Shown one piece after another: positions 50,600 through 60,470 of a stretch of DNA of 64,000 bases (its first letter is position 1; every line of letters begins with the position of its first letter). This DNA is from Pseudomonadota bacterium (GTDB lineage: Bacteria > Desulfobacterota > Binatia > Binatales > Binataceae). The notes below the pieces were generated by a model that saw only the letters and a list, made by a program, of their open reading frames with translations, had not been told where the DNA came from and did not search any database. The position numbers were made by a program, and so were the translations under genes. The stretch is from assembly GCA_021323675.1 (NCBI GenBank), contig JAJPKP010000055.1, forward strand, positions 1,529 to 65,528. The letters run 5' to 3'.

Positions 50600-52099
50600 A
50601 TGAATCACGCGCTTACGCTGATAACATTCATTCCAATCGCCGGCATGGTCGTGGTTCTCGCGCTGCCGCAGGCGATGAAGGATATCTGCAAATGGATTGC
50701 GGCCGCCGCCACGGCGGTCCAGCTTCTAATCGCGATATGGCTCTACCGGAGCTTCGACACCGCGACCACCGCGATCCAGTTCGCCGAAAAGCACGATTGG
50801 ATCCCCTCGTATCACATCACTTACTTCATGGGTGTCGATGGCATCTCGATTTCGATGGTGCTGCTGACCGCGCTCATCTGCTTCATCTCGGTCTTTGCCA
50901 GCTTCAGCATCACCCGCGCCGAGAAGGCCTACTACGCGCTGCTGCTGATGCTCGATGCGGGAATGATGGGGGTGTTCGTATCGCTCGACTTCTTCCTGTT
51001 CTACATCTTCTGGGAAGTGATGCTGCTGCCGATGTACTTCCTAATCGGCATCTGGGGCGGCCCGCGGCGCGAGTATGCCGCGATCAAGTTCTTTCTCTAC
51101 ACGCTGCTTGGTTCGGTGCTGATCCTGCTGGCGATGCTGGGGCTGTACTACTACGGCGCTCAGAGCACCTTTGACATGACGGTGCTCGCATCGAACGCGT
51201 CGCACTATTCGACCACCTTCCAGCGGATCGTGTGGATTGCCCTGTTCATCGGCTTCGCCATCAAGATTCCGGCCTTCCCGTTCCATACCTGGTTGCCCGA
51301 TGCGCACGTGGAGGCGCCCACCGCGATCTCCGTGATCCTGGCCGGCGTGCTGCTCAAGATGGGCACCTACGGAATTCTGCGCGTCAACTTCGCGATTCTT
51401 CCCGAAGCGACCCATCAGCTCGCGTGGCTGTTCCTCGGCGTTATCGGCACGATCAACATCGTGTACGGCGCGATGTGCGCGATGGCGCAGACTGACTACA
51501 AAAAGCTCATCGCCTATTCGTCGATCAGCCACATGGGCTACGTGATGCTGGGATGCGCGTCATTCACCGCGGCCGGCATCAACGGCGCCGTGCTGCAGAT
51601 GTTCAATCACGGCACGGTAACGGCGATGCTCTTCATCCTGGTCGGCGTCATCTACGATCGCGCGCATCATCGCGAGATCGCCGGGTTCGGCGGACTCGCG
51701 CAGCAGATGCCGTTGTATGCGGGGATGACGGGGTTCGCCTTCTTTGCGGGGATGGGCCTGCCGGGAATGTCCGCGTTCATTTCGGAAGTGCTGGTCCTGA
51801 TTGGCGCCTGGCAGACGCATCCGCTGATGACGGTGTTCGGCGCCGCCACCGCGATTCTCACCGCGGGCTATCTGCTGTGGACCTATCAGCGGATTTATCT
51901 CGGTCCGTTCAACGAGAAATATGCGGGGTATGCCGACCTGACCTTCCGCGAGGCCTTTACGCTGGTGCCGCTCGCGATCATCGTGCTCATTCTCGGCGTG
52001 TATCCGCACGCGGTGCTTGGCCTGCTCAACACCTCGCTGGTGCATCTGAACCAGATCGTGCTGTCAACTCCCGGCCCCGCGGTCGCGCTGCTCCACTGA
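50600..52099 (+). CDS. nuoM: Complex I subunit M
   Basis: GVDGIS, FWEVMLLPMY, HTWLPDAHVEAPT, AYSSISHMG. Confidence 0.96.
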   Translation: MNHALTLITFIPIAGMVVVLALPQAMKDICKWIAAAATAVQLLIAIWLYRSFDTATTAIQFAEKHDWIPSYHITYFMGVDGISISMVLLTALICFISVFASFSITRAEKAYYALLLMLDAGMMGVFVSLDFFLFYIFWEVMLLPMYFLIGIWGGPRREYAAIKFFLYTLLGSVLILLAMLGLYYYGAQSTFDMTVLASNASHYSTTFQRIVWIALFIGFAIKIPAFPFHTWLPDAHVEAPTAISVILAGVLLKMGTYGILRVNFAILPEATHQLAWLFLGVIGTINIVYGAMCAMAQTDYKKLIAYSSISHMGYVMLGCASFTAAGINGAVLQMFNHGTVTAMLFILVGVIYDRAHHREIAGFGGLAQQMPLYAGMTGFAFFAGMGLPGMSAFISEVLVLIGAWQTHPLMTVFGAATAILTAGYLLWTYQRIYLGPFNEKYAGYADLTFREAFTLVPLAIIVLILGVYPHAVLGLLNTSLVHLNQIVLSTPGPAVALLH

Positions 52100-52182
52100 G
52101 GCCGATGAAACGACTCGTCCTGGTGGTGATGGAGGAAAAGACAGCTTTCTCGCTTGCATTGCTGGTCTGAGACTGAAAGCCG

Positions 52183-53667
52183 ATGGACCTGGGTAACTAC
52201 GCGAGCCTCGCTCATTTCCTGCCGGAGCTTCTGCTCTCGGCCGGCATCCTGGTGTTGATCATCGTCGATTTGCTGGTCGCCAACAAATCGCATCTCGGCG
52301 ACCTTGCGCTGATTATCACCGCGGGCGCGCTCCTGCTGATCGCGCTGACCCCTGTAACCGCGAATGCGTGGCTGTTCCATCGGATGCTCGTGTTTGACGG
52401 GTTCGCGATGTTCTTTCGGGCGCTGATCGCGCTGGCCGCGCTGGTCGCGGTCTGGATGTCGATGGGGTCTGAGGAAGTTCGGGGATGCGATCAAGGCGAG
52501 TACTACGCGATTCTGCTCGCGAGCACGCTCGCGATGTTCCTGATGGCGGAGTCGGCGAATCTGCTGATGGCCTACCTCTCGCTCGAGTTCGTAAGCCTGA
52601 CTTCCTACATCCTGACCGGCTTTCTGCGCCACAATCGCCGGTCGCTCGAAGCCGCGCTCAAATATCTCATCTACGGCGGTGTCGCCTCGGGCACGATGAT
52701 CTACGGGATGAGCTGGATTTTTGGCATCAGCGGCTCGCTCGATTTCACCGTGATCAACAAGGCGCTGACCGCGCCGGGCGCGCTGCCGGTGCTGGCGGTG
52801 TTTATCGCGCTGGTACTGATCCTGGCGGGGATGGGCTACAAGGTCGCTTCGGTGCCGTTTCATATGTGGGCGCCGGATGTTTACACCGGCGCGCCGATTC
52901 CCATCACGACTTTTCTCGCCATCGGTTCCAAGGCCGCCGGCTTTGCGCTGCTCACCCGCTTCTTCTTTCCGGCCATCTCGTCGCTCACGGCGAGCGGCAG
53001 TTGGCAGGCGCTGAAAGGCGTCGATTGGCCGCAGCTCCTGCTCGTTATCTGCGTCATCACGATGACGCTGGGCAATCTTGCCGCCCTGCAGCAGACCAAC
53101 ATGAAGCGCCTGCTCGCGTATTCCAGCGTGGCGCAGGCCGGCTACGCGCTGATGGGGTTCGTCGTGCTGTCCAACGACGGAATCCGCGCGATGCTGTTCT
53201 ACCTGTTCGCTTACTACGTGATGGACGCGGGCGCGTTTCTGGTCGTGATGATCGTGGCGAACAACACCGGGCGCGAAGATATCGGCGCCTATCGGGGGCT
53301 TGCGTGGCGCGGCGGCATCGTGCCCGCGGTCGCGCTGAGCATCTTTCTGCTTTCGCTGACCGGCATCCCGCTCACCGTCGGCTTCATCGGAAAGTTCTAC
53401 CTGTTTGCGGCGGTGATTCGCGGCCAGTTTTACGTGCTCGCGGTCGTGGGCGTAATAAACTCGGTCGTCTCGCTCTACTACTACATGCGGCCGATCAAGA
53501 CGATGTTCCTCGACACGCCGAATGGCGACGAAGGCACGCTTGCCGCCGACACCTGGAACTACGGGCTGATGAGCGTGCTGGCCTGCGCGACAATCGCACT
53601 CGGAATTTACTGGGCGCCGATCATCGCCTTCGCCAACCGCTCACTCAACTTTTTCCTCGGCGCATAG
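52183..53667 (+). CDS. nuoN: Complex I subunit N
   Basis: EAALKY, VPFHMWAPDVY.GAP, KRLLAYSS. Confidence 0.95.
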   Translation: MDLGNYASLAHFLPELLLSAGILVLIIVDLLVANKSHLGDLALIITAGALLLIALTPVTANAWLFHRMLVFDGFAMFFRALIALAALVAVWMSMGSEEVRGCDQGEYYAILLASTLAMFLMAESANLLMAYLSLEFVSLTSYILTGFLRHNRRSLEAALKYLIYGGVASGTMIYGMSWIFGISGSLDFTVINKALTAPGALPVLAVFIALVLILAGMGYKVASVPFHMWAPDVYTGAPIPITTFLAIGSKAAGFALLTRFFFPAISSLTASGSWQALKGVDWPQLLLVICVITMTLGNLAALQQTNMKRLLAYSSVAQAGYALMGFVVLSNDGIRAMLFYLFAYYVMDAGAFLVVMIVANNTGREDIGAYRGLAWRGGIVPAVALSIFLLSLTGIPLTVGFIGKFYLFAAVIRGQFYVLAVVGVINSVVSLYYYMRPIKTMFLDTPNGDEGTLAADTWNYGLMSVLACATIALGIYWAPIIAFANRSLNFFLGA

Positions 53668-53721
53668 CGGCCGCAATCGCGGGCGTCCGCCGGCCTCGCG
53701 CGAGGTTCCATCCGGCGTCTC

Positions 53722-54588
53722 TTACTCGAACACGATCGTGCGATTGTTATGCGTCAGCACCTGTTTGTTCAGATGCGCTCGAACGGCTTTGGCCAGCACT
53801 ATTACCTCGAGGTCTTTTCCCTTGCGCGCGAGGTCCGCAATCGTGTCGCGATGGGTGACGGCGGTGGTCGCCTGCGCGATGATCGGCCCGGCATCGAGCT
53901 CTTCCGTTACGTAATGGGCGGTTGCGCCGATTAGCTTCACTCCTCGCTCGTGCGCCTGCTTGTACGGCCGCGGACCCGCGAAAGCCGGCAGAAAGCTGTG
54001 ATGTATATTTACGATCGGCTTCTGCCACCTCTTCAAAAAATCGCCCGACAGCACCTGCATATAGCGCGCGAGCACGACCGTGTCCGCGCGAAGCTCTGCC
54101 AGCCGCTCAAGCAGCCGCGCCTCCGCCTGCGGCTTGCCGTCCTTCTGGACGGGAATGACTTCGAAGGGTACTTCGAACGGCCGCGCAAGCGGTTCCAGGT
54201 CCGGATGATTGCTGATCACCCCGACAATGTCCGCATCCAGCTCGCCGAAGCGATGGCGGCTCAGCAGGTCCATCATGCAATGCGCGAGGCGCGACACCAT
54301 GATGACCATCCGGTCGCGCTTCGCCGCGTCATAGAGATGCCATCGCAACTTCTCCCACGGCATCAGTTGAGGCAGAGTCGCGTTCAGATCCCGGGTCAGC
54401 TCGGAGAGAGGAGCTTTCAGAGTTTCGAAATAGATTCGCCAGAAGAAATGGCCGTCCTCGTCGTCCGTGTATTGGTCCGACGTGATAATATTGCATCCCA
54501 GTTCGAACAGGTGGCCCGCAACCCGCGCGATTATTCCGGGGCGATCGATGCATGAAATCAGCAGGATAGCTTTTTCTGAATCGGCCAC
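53722..54588 (-). CDS. purU: Formyltetrahydrofolate deformylase
   Basis: ACT domain C.DRPGII, SNH, LARYMQVLS, NIHHSFLPAF.G..PY.QA..RGVKLIGATAH; GTG start after AGGAG. Confidence 0.93.
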   Translation of the reverse strand: MADSEKAILLISCIDRPGIIARVAGHLFELGCNIITSDQYTDDEDGHFFWRIYFETLKAPLSELTRDLNATLPQLMPWEKLRWHLYDAAKRDRMVIMVSRLAHCMMDLLSRHRFGELDADIVGVISNHPDLEPLARPFEVPFEVIPVQKDGKPQAEARLLERLAELRADTVVLARYMQVLSGDFLKRWQKPIVNIHHSFLPAFAGPRPYKQAHERGVKLIGATAHYVTEELDAGPIIAQATTAVTHRDTIADLARKGKDLEVIVLAKAVRAHLNKQVLTHNNRTIVFE

Positions 54589-54751
54589 GCGCGAATTCTC
54601 CTTTCCAGACTGCCAAGCTGATTCTAATGGCGCTCTTTGCCCGCGTTCAAACGGCGTCCGGCGATCTTGTCGGCTGCCTTTCCACGCGAGAAGAAGGCCC
54701 AATCCCGCACGGATTAAGGCCGGCGGATGATGCCGCGGAGCAGGTTCCCAG

Positions 54752-55624
54752 ATGCCTTCGAATCAAAGCGGCGCGCCAGGCAACCCGGGAGTGCTGTTCG
54801 TCGTCGCAACTCCGATCGGCAATCCGGATGACATTTCCGCTCGCGCGCTCAAGGTGCTCGCCGACGCCGACCTGATCGCTTGCGAGGACACGCGCCGCAC
54901 CGGCCAGATGCTCGCCGCGCGCGGCCTCAGAAAGCATCTCGTCTCGCACTATGAGCACAACGAAGAACGCCGCGTCCCCGAGCTGATAGCGCGATTGAAG
55001 GACGGAGCCACGGTTGCGTTGGTCACCGATGCGGGAACGCCTGCCATCTCCGACCCCGGCTATCGACTGGTGCGAGCCGCTCATGAAGCGGGAGTTACCG
55101 TCCAGTCTGTTCCTGGCCCGTCGGCTGCCATCGCCGCATTGTCGATCGCGGGATTGCCGACCGATCGATTCGTCTTCGAAGGCTTCCTTCCCACCCGCGA
55201 AGGCCAGCTTCACAAAAGGCTGGAAGCTCTCGCCCGTGAACCGCGGACCATCGTTTTCTATGAGGCTGCTCGCCGCCTTGCCGATACACTTGGGGCGATG
55301 GCCGCGGCATTCGGTGAAGATCGGGAAGCGGCGGTCGTGCGAGAAGCCACGAAGGTTCACGAAGAAACCGTGCGAGGCACGCTGGGGCAACTGGCGGACC
55401 GGTTCAGGAACTCGGAGGTGCTGGGCGAAATAACGATCGTGGTTGGGGGAGCCAAAGAAGAAGGCCCCGCCTCGGGTTCAGCCGCAACCGTCGACAGCCT
55501 GATGAAGGAAGGCCTGAGCCTGAAGCAGGCCAGCTCCATCGTCGCCAAACTGACCGGCCGCAGCCGCCGCGAGGTTTACCAGGAAGCGCTGGCAAGACGC
55601 GCCCAAAGCGGCGATCGCGACTAG
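54752..55624 (+). CDS. rsmI: 16S rRNA (cytidine1402-2'-O)-methyltransferase
   Basis: VATPIGN..DIS.RA, ACEDTR, DAGTPAISDPG, FEGFLP. Confidence 0.93.
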   Translation: MPSNQSGAPGNPGVLFVVATPIGNPDDISARALKVLADADLIACEDTRRTGQMLAARGLRKHLVSHYEHNEERRVPELIARLKDGATVALVTDAGTPAISDPGYRLVRAAHEAGVTVQSVPGPSAAIAALSIAGLPTDRFVFEGFLPTREGQLHKRLEALAREPRTIVFYEAARRLADTLGAMAAAFGEDREAAVVREATKVHEETVRGTLGQLADRFRNSEVLGEITIVVGGAKEEGPASGSAATVDSLMKEGLSLKQASSIVAKLTGRSRREVYQEALARRAQSGDRD

Positions 55625-55739
55625 CAGCCGCGCGGCCAATTTCGCCGGGATCGTCATCGGCGCAAGCCCGCGATGGATACAAAAATCTTCGTCCCGCGAA
55701 CGGCTAGCCGCGGACAATCGTCCGGAGGCGAGGTGATTG

Positions 55740-56513
55740 TCACGCAGCCCGGAAATATTGCCCGGGAGTCTGTCCGAAGGTTTCGCGAAACGCCGCGATA
55801 AAGGCGCTTGGACTGTCATAGCCGACCTCGATCGCCACGTTCGTCACCGCCTCGCCCGCGGCAAGCATCCGCAGCGCGTGGCTCAGCCGGAATTGCTGGC
55901 GCCATCTGCCGAAGCCCATTCCTGTCTGCGATTTGAACAGCCGCTCGATCGTGCGCTTGCTGCCGCCAGCCAGCCGCGCGAGATCGCTCAGCGGCCTTCG
56001 CTCCGACGGTTTCTCCTGCAGCAGTGACGCGACCAGCTTCGCGCGTCGATCGGTAGGCATCGGAAGATGAATCGCCTGTGACTCCATGAGCTCGAGATGG
56101 TCGAGCAGCACGGGCACCAGATGGGCGTGCAGCGGAATCCGCGAGTTAAGGCCCTTCAATTCCGACGTTCGCAGGATCAGCTCGCGCAGCAGCGGCGAGA
56201 TATTGACGACCCGGCATCGGAGCGGAAGCGAATCGCTAATGGTTGGGACCACGTAAAGCGCGCGCAGCGACACATGCCCCGACATTTCAACCGAATGCCG
56301 TGTGTGCGCGGGAATCCAGACGCCTCGATGCGTAGGTGCGACCCACGCCGCTTCATCCGTGCGGACCGTGAACACGCCCTGCGATGCGAAGGTGAGCTGA
56401 TGCCAGGGATGGGAATGCGGTTTGATCACATCGCCGTGCGAATATTCACCGGCCAACCCGGCGCGGATTTTGTACTTGCGCGAATCGAAAAACCAATGAC
56501 GCTTTTTCGACAT
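55740..56513 (-). CDS. AraC family regulator with cupin sensor (NimR/YeaM-like)
   Basis: HSHPWHQL, VWIPA..H, SKRTIERLF, GYDSPSAFIAAF..FG.TP. Confidence 0.88.
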   Translation of the reverse strand: MSKKRHWFFDSRKYKIRAGLAGEYSHGDVIKPHSHPWHQLTFASQGVFTVRTDEAAWVAPTHRGVWIPAHTRHSVEMSGHVSLRALYVVPTISDSLPLRCRVVNISPLLRELILRTSELKGLNSRIPLHAHLVPVLLDHLELMESQAIHLPMPTDRRAKLVASLLQEKPSERRPLSDLARLAGGSKRTIERLFKSQTGMGFGRWRQQFRLSHALRMLAAGEAVTNVAIEVGYDSPSAFIAAFRETFGQTPGQYFRAA

Positions 56514-56681
56514 CGACTTCAACTCTAGCGCAACACCGTCATGTCGCGAAAAGGCGAAAGACCGGAGAATATCGGGCGCCTGCCATATCGAACTTATCGG
56601 AACCTGTCGCAACGGTCGCTCGATCACTTTGCGATCCTGCCGCGTTGCACCCGCTTGAAGTCGGGATTGTGGTAGGATTCA

Positions 56682-57209
56682 ATGCCGCGAGGAGCTGTTG
56701 GGGTAGTGACGCGGAAAAAGGGAGCTTCCAGGCCGTCTGGCGACCAGCCTGAACCTTCCCGCGCGGTTCGCGTGCTGGTGCTCCACGGCCCCAACCTCAA
56801 CCTGCTGGGCGAGCGCGAGCCTGAAGTTTACGGACGCACCACGCTTGGCGATATCGACCGGGAGTTGCAGCGGCTCGGAGGCGAGCTAGGGATGACGGTC
56901 GAGACGTTTCAGTCCAATTCAGAGGGCGCGATCGTCGATCGCATTCAGCAAGCTCGCAACAACGCCGACATAATCCTGATAAACCCTGGCGCCTACACTC
57001 ACACGAGCATCGCGATTCGCGACGCATTCGCCGCAATCGCCGTGCCGGTAATTGAAGTGCACCTGTCCAACGTCTACAAACGCGAGACCTTCCGCCATCA
57101 TTCGACCATCGCCGATTTGGCGGTCGGGCGAATTATGGGGTTTGGAGCGGACAGCTACTATCTCGCGCTGCGCGCGGCGGCCAGAATTGCGGCGGCCGGA
57201 GGAAGGTGA
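56682..57209 (+). CDS. aroQ: Type II 3-dehydroquinate dehydratase
   Basis: [37 protein letters not shown]...RE.FRH; start uncertain. Confidence 0.93.
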   Translation: MPRGAVGVVTRKKGASRPSGDQPEPSRAVRVLVLHGPNLNLLGEREPEVYGRTTLGDIDRELQRLGGELGMTVETFQSNSEGAIVDRIQQARNNADIILINPGAYTHTSIAIRDAFAAIAVPVIEVHLSNVYKRETFRHHSTIADLAVGRIMGFGADSYYLALRAAARIAAAGGR

Positions 57210-57257
57210 CAACGGTTCGCGCGACGGCGGGACGCGTGCCATGATCTCGGAGACGGA

Positions 57258-57731
57258 ATGGAAGTTCGAGAAATAAAGGCTCTGATCAACTTGATGACCG
57301 ACCATGGGCTGGTCGAGCTGGAGATCGAGGACAAGAAGGGCAAGGTGCGGCTGGTTCGCGGCGTGCCGAGCCATGCGGCGGAACCCAACTCCGCGCCCCA
57401 TCCCGCGCTTGCTGCTGCGAAGCCTGGGAAATCCGCCGCCAAGCAGAAATCCGCCGGAAGCGCCGCCCCCGAGATCGAGCTTGCGGAAAATCAGCAGTTC
57501 ATCGAGAGCCCGATGGTGGGGACGTTTTACCGGGCTCCATCGCCCGATGCCGCCCCATTTGTGGAGGAGGGAGGATCGGTGCGCAAAGGCCAGACAGTCT
57601 GTATTATTGAAGCGATGAAAATGATGAACGAAATTGAGGCGCCCGCCGCCGGACGCATCGTGAAGATACTGGTGGACAATGCCCAGCCCGTCGAGTACGG
57701 ACAGGCGTTGATGGTGCTGGAGGTTGGCTGA
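57258..57731 (+). CDS. accB: Acetyl-CoA carboxylase biotin carboxyl carrier protein
   Basis: SPMVGTFYRAP, EAMKMMNEI biotinylation motif. Confidence 0.95.
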   Translation: MEVREIKALINLMTDHGLVELEIEDKKGKVRLVRGVPSHAAEPNSAPHPALAAAKPGKSAAKQKSAGSAAPEIELAENQQFIESPMVGTFYRAPSPDAAPFVEEGGSVRKGQTVCIIEAMKMMNEIEAPAAGRIVKILVDNAQPVEYGQALMVLEVG

Positions 57732-57747
57732 ACTCTCAAATCCGACA

Positions 57748-59130
57748 ATGTTCAAAAAACTGTTGGTCGCTAATCGAGGCACGATCGCAATCCGTATAAT
57801 CCGGGCGTGCCACGAACTGGGCATCCCCACCGTTGCCGTCTATTCCACCGCGGACAAGGACGCCCTTCACGTGCGGATGGCCGACGAGTCAGTATGCATC
57901 GGACCGCCGGCGGCCGAGGACAGCTACCTAAGCATCCCCTCCATCCTCAGCGCCGCTCTTACCTACGGCGCGGACGCGGTCCATCCGGGCTATGGATTTC
58001 TTTCGGAGAACGGCGATTTCGCTGAAGCATGCCATCGATCCGGCCTCAAGTTCGTGGGGCCCCGCGCCCGGCATATTCGCCTGATGGGCGACAAGCCGCG
58101 CGCGCGCCGCATCATGAAGCGCGCCGGTGTTCCGGTCCTGCCCGGCAGCGATGGGAAGGGCGTCACCGAGGTTCGCGAAGCGCTCGCTGATGCGAAGCGG
58201 CTTGGATTTCCGGTTCTGATCAAGGCGGCGGCCGGAGGCGGCGGCAAAGGGATGCGAATCGTGCGCGATGCCAGGGAGCTGGAGCGGTTGTTTCCGCTGG
58301 CACGCGCCGAGAGCGAGGCGGCATTCAGCTCCCGCACGATGTATTTGGAGAAGTATCTCGAACACGCCCGCCACGTCGAGTTTCAAATCGTCGCCGACAA
58401 TTTCCGCAACGCCATCCATCTGGGCGAGCGCGACTGCTCGATCCAGCGCCGCCATCAGAAGGTAATCGAGGAATCTCCCTGTCCGGTCCTGACGCCGCGC
58501 CTGCGCGAGAAGATGGGCAAGGCGGCGGTCCGCGCGGCCGAAGTCGTCGGCTATTCCAACGTCGGCACCGTTGAATTCCTGCTCGCCCCCGACGGCCAGT
58601 TCTACTTCATCGAGATGAACACCCGCATCCAGGTCGAGCATGGAGTCACCGAGATGGTGACCGGGATCGATCTGATCAAGGAGAGCATCCGGCTCGCGGG
58701 CGGCGAGCCGCTGCGGATCAAGCAGCGGCAGGTCAGCTTCGAGGGAAGCGCGATGGAATTCCGCATCTATGCGGAAGACCCCGACCGGCATATTCCCTCG
58801 CCGGGCCTGGTCTCGAATCATCATCCGCCGGGTGGCTTGGGTGTGCGGGTCGAGACCGCCCTTTACGATGGCTATCGCGTGCCGGTGCATTACGATCCGC
58901 TGGTCGCGAAGCTGATCGTGCATTCGGAGAGCCGCGAGTTGACGATGGTGCGGGCGCGGGCCGCGCTTCGCGAGTACCTGATCGACGGCATCAGGACCAA
59001 CATCCCGCTCCATCTCAAGATCCTTCACGATCCGGATTTTCAGCGAGGAAATTTTTCCACGGGCTTTCTCAAGCGCTATGAGCCTGCCCCTCGTGAATCT
59101 GCCGAAGCGCCCGCCGCAAAAGCCTCTTGA
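57748..59130 (+). CDS. accC: Biotin carboxylase
   Basis: HPGYGFLSEN, GGGGKGMR, ERDCSIQRRHQK, EMNTRIQVEH. Confidence 0.94.
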   Translation: MFKKLLVANRGTIAIRIIRACHELGIPTVAVYSTADKDALHVRMADESVCIGPPAAEDSYLSIPSILSAALTYGADAVHPGYGFLSENGDFAEACHRSGLKFVGPRARHIRLMGDKPRARRIMKRAGVPVLPGSDGKGVTEVREALADAKRLGFPVLIKAAAGGGGKGMRIVRDARELERLFPLARAESEAAFSSRTMYLEKYLEHARHVEFQIVADNFRNAIHLGERDCSIQRRHQKVIEESPCPVLTPRLREKMGKAAVRAAEVVGYSNVGTVEFLLAPDGQFYFIEMNTRIQVEHGVTEMVTGIDLIKESIRLAGGEPLRIKQRQVSFEGSAMEFRIYAEDPDRHIPSPGLVSNHHPPGGLGVRVETALYDGYRVPVHYDPLVAKLIVHSESRELTMVRARAALREYLIDGIRTNIPLHLKILHDPDFQRGNFSTGFLKRYEPAPRESAEAPAAKAS

Positions 59131-59188
59131 CCGCGGCGCATCGCGAATCGATTGATAGTTTATGGCCTCGCGCGCGGTTGATTTAGCC

Positions 59189-60211
59189 ATGCGAAAAGTT
59201 CTGCTTGCTCTTATCGCGATAGCCCTCTGGGCGGGATCGGCCCTTGCCCAGCCTCAGATTCCCGGAATCAATGCCGCGCCTCCGGGCCCGCAACCCAAGG
59301 TCCAGGTCATCAACCCGCTTTATGATTTTGGAACCGCGCTCGAAGGCAAGATGGTCGAGCATACGTTCAAAATCAAAAACGTCGGCAAAGGCGAACTGAT
59401 CATCCGCGGGATGAAGACATCGTGCGGATGTACCGCCGCCACTCCGACCAAAAACCATCTGGCGCCAGGCGAGGAAACTGACATCTCGGTCGGCTTCGAC
59501 ACGCATTTCCAGAAAGGCCATCAGGTCCGGACCATCACCGCGTATACCAACGATCCCGACACGCCCCAGGCGATCATGACGATGCAGGGAATCGTCAAGC
59601 AGCAGGTCTCCGCAACACCGTCCCAGGTGGCGTTCGGGACCGTCCGCAAGGGCACTTCGGCCACCCAGGAGGTGGCGATTGCCGATCTGACCAATCAGAA
59701 AGGATTCAAAGTCAGCTCTGCCACCAACTCCAGCCCCTATATCAAGGTCACCCAGGAACAGGGCAAGGACGGCAAGCCCGGGACGGCGCTCAAGGTGGAG
59801 CTGCTGCCTACGATGCCGCCCGGCGCGTTCGACGACACGATCAAGGTGATTACGAACCGCGTGCCGCTCCAGATCGATGTGTTCGGCACGGTGACGGGCG
59901 ATCTGAGCATCGATCCCGCCCAGGTTTCCTTCGGCATCGTGCCGCGGGGTCAGGATGTCGTCAGAATCCTGAAACTCTCGAATGCGGGCAGCCGCGACGT
60001 GAAAGTCCTCGATGTGACGAGTTCCGTCCCCTCCGTGGTCGGGTCGGCTGAAGCGGTCAAACCGGGAAAAGAATACCGCATAACGGTTACCCTGCGGCGG
60101 GGCACCCCGGATGGTCAATTGCGGGGCCAGCTCGCGATCAAAACCGACGATCCGGATCAGGGCACGGTCAGCGTCCCGTTCTACGCAATTGTCGGTCAAT
60201 TCAAGATCTAG
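59189..60211 (+). CDS. Secreted DUF1573 / tandem Ig-like domain protein
   Basis: Signal peptide; DFG, TSCGCT, repeated P..V.FG modules. Confidence 0.75.
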   Translation: MRKVLLALIAIALWAGSALAQPQIPGINAAPPGPQPKVQVINPLYDFGTALEGKMVEHTFKIKNVGKGELIIRGMKTSCGCTAATPTKNHLAPGEETDISVGFDTHFQKGHQVRTITAYTNDPDTPQAIMTMQGIVKQQVSATPSQVAFGTVRKGTSATQEVAIADLTNQKGFKVSSATNSSPYIKVTQEQGKDGKPGTALKVELLPTMPPGAFDDTIKVITNRVPLQIDVFGTVTGDLSIDPAQVSFGIVPRGQDVVRILKLSNAGSRDVKVLDVTSSVPSVVGSAEAVKPGKEYRITVTLRRGTPDGQLRGQLAIKTDDPDQGTVSVPFYAIVGQFKI

Positions 60212-60470
60212 TTTCGATTTTTAAGCCAGTTCGCTCCCGAAAAACCGGGGCGAAAACGAGATTTCACAAGCCCGATCCTGGCTCGCAGTTTCGCCTTCGA
60301 AGCGGACACAAGGGCTGGCGGACGAAAAGACCATCGATCGCCGGCTTGGAGCGCGTCGGGCTTCACCGGGCATTCGCCTTCTGATCGTTTCGGCTTGTCT
60401 CCAAAGCCGATCCCTTCGTATATTTCGATCAGGCCTCGATCTTGCGTCCGAGCATTGCGGAAGAATCTCG

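Noticed and set aside
52105-52170. 21-codon ORF MKRLVLVVMEEKTAFSLALLV between nuoM and nuoN
   Set aside because: Too short, with no motif or independent support for translation.
54589-54751. Possible ZTP (pfl) riboswitch upstream of purU
   Set aside because: No ZTP consensus found on the minus strand; only a promoter-like TTGAAC-N18-TAGAAT close to the RBS.
56682-59130. aroQ-accB-accC clustering
   Set aside because: Well-known conserved arrangement; not novel.
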